From Candidatus Iainarchaeum sp. (GTDB lineage: Archaea; Iainarchaeota; Iainarchaeia; Iainarchaeales; 0-14-0-20-30-16): a stretch of 26,241 nucleotides of DNA. Below, piece after piece: positions 24,158-26,241 of this stretch (its first letter is position 1; each line of letters opens with the position of its first letter). The DNA is taken from the NCBI GenBank assembly GCA_028710695.1, contig JAQTTP010000010.1:1-26241 (forward strand). The letters run 5' to 3'. Made by a program: the position numbers and the translations under genes. The notes under the pieces were generated by a model. The model was not told the origin of the DNA and did no database searches. It saw only the letters and a list, made by a program, of their open reading frames with translations.

Positions 24158-26241
24158 ATGGCTGAAGAAGAAAAAAAAGTTGAAAAGCAAGAGGAGCAAG
24201 AATTCTTCAACGAGCCAATAACAAATCCGCACATAGAAAAATTTGATTATTTTTTAAATCTAAAATACAGCAAGGAAATTGAAAAGCTAAATGATAAAGA
24301 AAGAATTCTAAGGATAGACTTTAAAAGTCTTGAAGAGTATGATCCATACCTTGCAGACGAGTTAGTAAAAAAACCAGACAAATGTATAGACGCAATAAAA
24401 TATTGTATAAATAAAAAAATCTCTCTTTTTGCTGAAAACAAAGATCTTGAGCCGATAGTAAGCGTTTACAACTTACCACAAGAACACAAAATGTTCATAA
24501 AACACATAAATGCTGAAAATATTGATAACTTAATCGGGGTAGAAGGAATTGTAAGGCAATTTACCACAATTCTACCAAAGCTAAAAGTTGCACACTGGCT
24601 TTGTAAAAGATGTGGATACGAATTTAATATTGATGTTAAACACGAAATAGAAACCCCTACTGCTTGCCCAGAATGTAGGCACAAGTTCTTAAGTCTAATA
24701 GAAAATAAAAGCATATTTATCGATTACCAAAAATTAGAAATACAAGAACCATTAGAAGTTTTAAAAGGTGGAGAACAATCAGGCACTCTTGTAGTTTCGG
24801 TTACTGATTCACTAGTTGGAAAGGTTGGGGCGGGAGATAGAATCGTTGTGACTGGCGTTATGCGATTAGTTCCGCCACAAAAAAAGCAATCTGTTTATGG
24901 AAGATATCTAGAATGCTTTGATATTGAAGAAACAAAGCAAGACTATGAAGACATAGAAATAGATGAAGAAAATTTAGAACAAATAAAAGCCTACTCTGAA
25001 AATCCGGAGATATATGAAATTTTAGTTAATTCAATTGCCCCGAATATATTCGGGCATGATATAATAAAAGAATCAATTGCCTTACAATTATTTGGGGGAG
25101 TAAAAAAACATATGGAGGATGGTTCAAAAACCAGAGGAAACATTCACATCCTTTTGATCGGTGACCCAGGTGTAGGAAAATCTAAACTTCTTTTATATGC
25201 AAGTAATGTTGCCCCAAAAAGCCTATATGTTGTAGGAAAAACCGCTTCTGGTGCAGGATTAACTGCTTCTGCAGTAAAAGATGAATTTGGAGAAGGTGGC
25301 TGGACACTAAAAGCTGGTGCACTTGTATTAGCAAGTGGTGGGTTTGCAATGATTGATGAGTTCGACAAGATGAACCCCGAGGACAGAAGTGCAATGCACG
25401 AAGCAATGGAACAAGAAACCGTGTCTATAGCCAAGGCAGGCATTGTATCTAACTTTAAAACAGAGACAAGTATTTTGGCTGCAGCAAACCCAAAGTACGG
25501 TAGGTTTGATCAGTACAAAACAATTCCCGAACAGATAGAGATACCGCCAACTTTGATGTCAAGATTTGATTTATTTTTCTCAATAAAAGATTTGCTAGAT
25601 GAAAAAAAAGATAGGGAAACTGTAATGTCTATTTTAAAAGGCCATAAAACAGGGGAATTACTAAGCAGAATGAAACAAACAGACCTTGTAAAAAAAGATA
25701 GGGATTACTTAGAAAAAAGTTCAAAACCACAAATTAATCCAGATTTATTAAAAAAATATATCTCTTACGCAAGAACAAAAATCTTTCCAATTCTTTCCGA
25801 TAAAGCAATGGACAGGTTAGGTAAATTCTTCATAGATTTAAGAAAAAAGAGTAAAGATGGAAGGGTAACAGTAACTTACAGGCAGCTAGAGGCCCTAATC
25901 AGATTATCCGAAGCAAGTGCGAGGGTGAGATTAGCTCCAACAGTAGAAATTGATGATGCAGAAAGGGCAATCAAATTGTTCAGGACTTCTATGGAGCAGG
26001 TAGGAATGGATCCAGAAACAGGAGACATGGATATTGATATTATCTCCACTGGACAAAGCCATTCTCAAGCAGTCCAAATGCGTAATATGCTAGAAGTAAT
26101 AAAAGATTGGTGTAAAGAGCATGACTCAATAAATTTGCACAAGTTAATGTCTGAGGCGGAAGCAAAAAAAATAGATAAAACAAAAGTGCAAGACTACGTT
26201 AGCAAGCTCTTGAGAGCAGGGGATGTTTATGAACCTAAGCC
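24158..26241 (+). CDS. mcm: Replicative DNA helicase MCM, 3' truncated by window edge
   Basis: Zinc motif CKRCG/CPECR; Walker A LLIGDPGVGKSKLL; KTASGAGLTASAVKDEFGEGGWTLKAGALVLASGGFAMIDEFDKM; ILAAANPKYGRFD; SRFDLFF. Open at the window end, so absent from the ORF track. Confidence 0.95.
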   Translation, partial: MAEEEKKVEKQEEQEFFNEPITNPHIEKFDYFLNLKYSKEIEKLNDKERILRIDFKSLEEYDPYLADELVKKPDKCIDAIKYCINKKISLFAENKDLEPIVSVYNLPQEHKMFIKHINAENIDNLIGVEGIVRQFTTILPKLKVAHWLCKRCGYEFNIDVKHEIETPTACPECRHKFLSLIENKSIFIDYQKLEIQEPLEVLKGGEQSGTLVVSVTDSLVGKVGAGDRIVVTGVMRLVPPQKKQSVYGRYLECFDIEETKQDYEDIEIDEENLEQIKAYSENPEIYEILVNSIAPNIFGHDIIKESIALQLFGGVKKHMEDGSKTRGNIHILLIGDPGVGKSKLLLYASNVAPKSLYVVGKTASGAGLTASAVKDEFGEGGWTLKAGALVLASGGFAMIDEFDKMNPEDRSAMHEAMEQETVSIAKAGIVSNFKTETSILAAANPKYGRFDQYKTIPEQIEIPPTLMSRFDLFFSIKDLLDEKKDRETVMSILKGHKTGELLSRMKQTDLVKKDRDYLEKSSKPQINPDLLKKYISYARTKIFPILSDKAMDRLGKFFIDLRKKSKDGRVTVTYRQLEALIRLSEASARVRLAPTVEIDDAERAIKLFRTSMEQVGMDPETGDMDIDIISTGQSHSQAVQMRNMLEVIKDWCKEHDSINLHKLMSEAEAKKIDKTKVQDYVSKLLRAGDVYEPK

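Noticed and set aside
23744-24441. Minus-strand ORFs of 60-75 aa
   Set aside because: Antisense to the wHTH-like gene and mcm; Phe/Ser/Leu-rich.
24466-25443. Minus/antisense ORFs inside the MCM region
   Set aside because: The plus strand encodes an intact MCM helicase that the track omits only because it is open at the window end.

Overview
This 26.2 kb window is AT-rich archaeal chromosome. Marker genes include topoisomerase VI A/B, MCM, RIO1 kinase, KH/Dim2-like protein, GatD, DTD2-type D-aminoacyl-tRNA deacylase, DUF357, a Lon-like membrane-associated protease and archaeal TraB. The lineage looks DPANN-like, but I cannot prove that. I found one tRNA, tRNA-Gln(CTG). I saw no CRISPR array, no IS element and no obvious multi-gene defence island. 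The most interesting points are: (1) a bacterial-type DisA diadenylate cyclase with catalytic motifs but a degenerate helix-hairpin-helix, immediately downstream of a XerA-like tyrosine recombinase and followed by a hydrophobic protein truncated at the window edge; (2) a three-gene cassette of two paralogous secreted proteins plus a mature protein that is about 36% tyrosine, with 41-nt near-identical gene junctions; (3) an orphan 435-aa protein with a duplicated N-terminal motif and HTH-like segment, divergent from a standalone Fe-S-type PD-(D/E)XK nuclease; (4) a cluster of small Cys-rich proteins around a membrane protein; (5) hairpin-rich intergenic regions, notably 8848-8962; (6) a TraB ORF call that wrongly runs antisense through a tRNA gene; and (7) recurring TATA boxes about 26-28 nt upstream of start codons, implying leaderless first genes with SD-led downstream genes.
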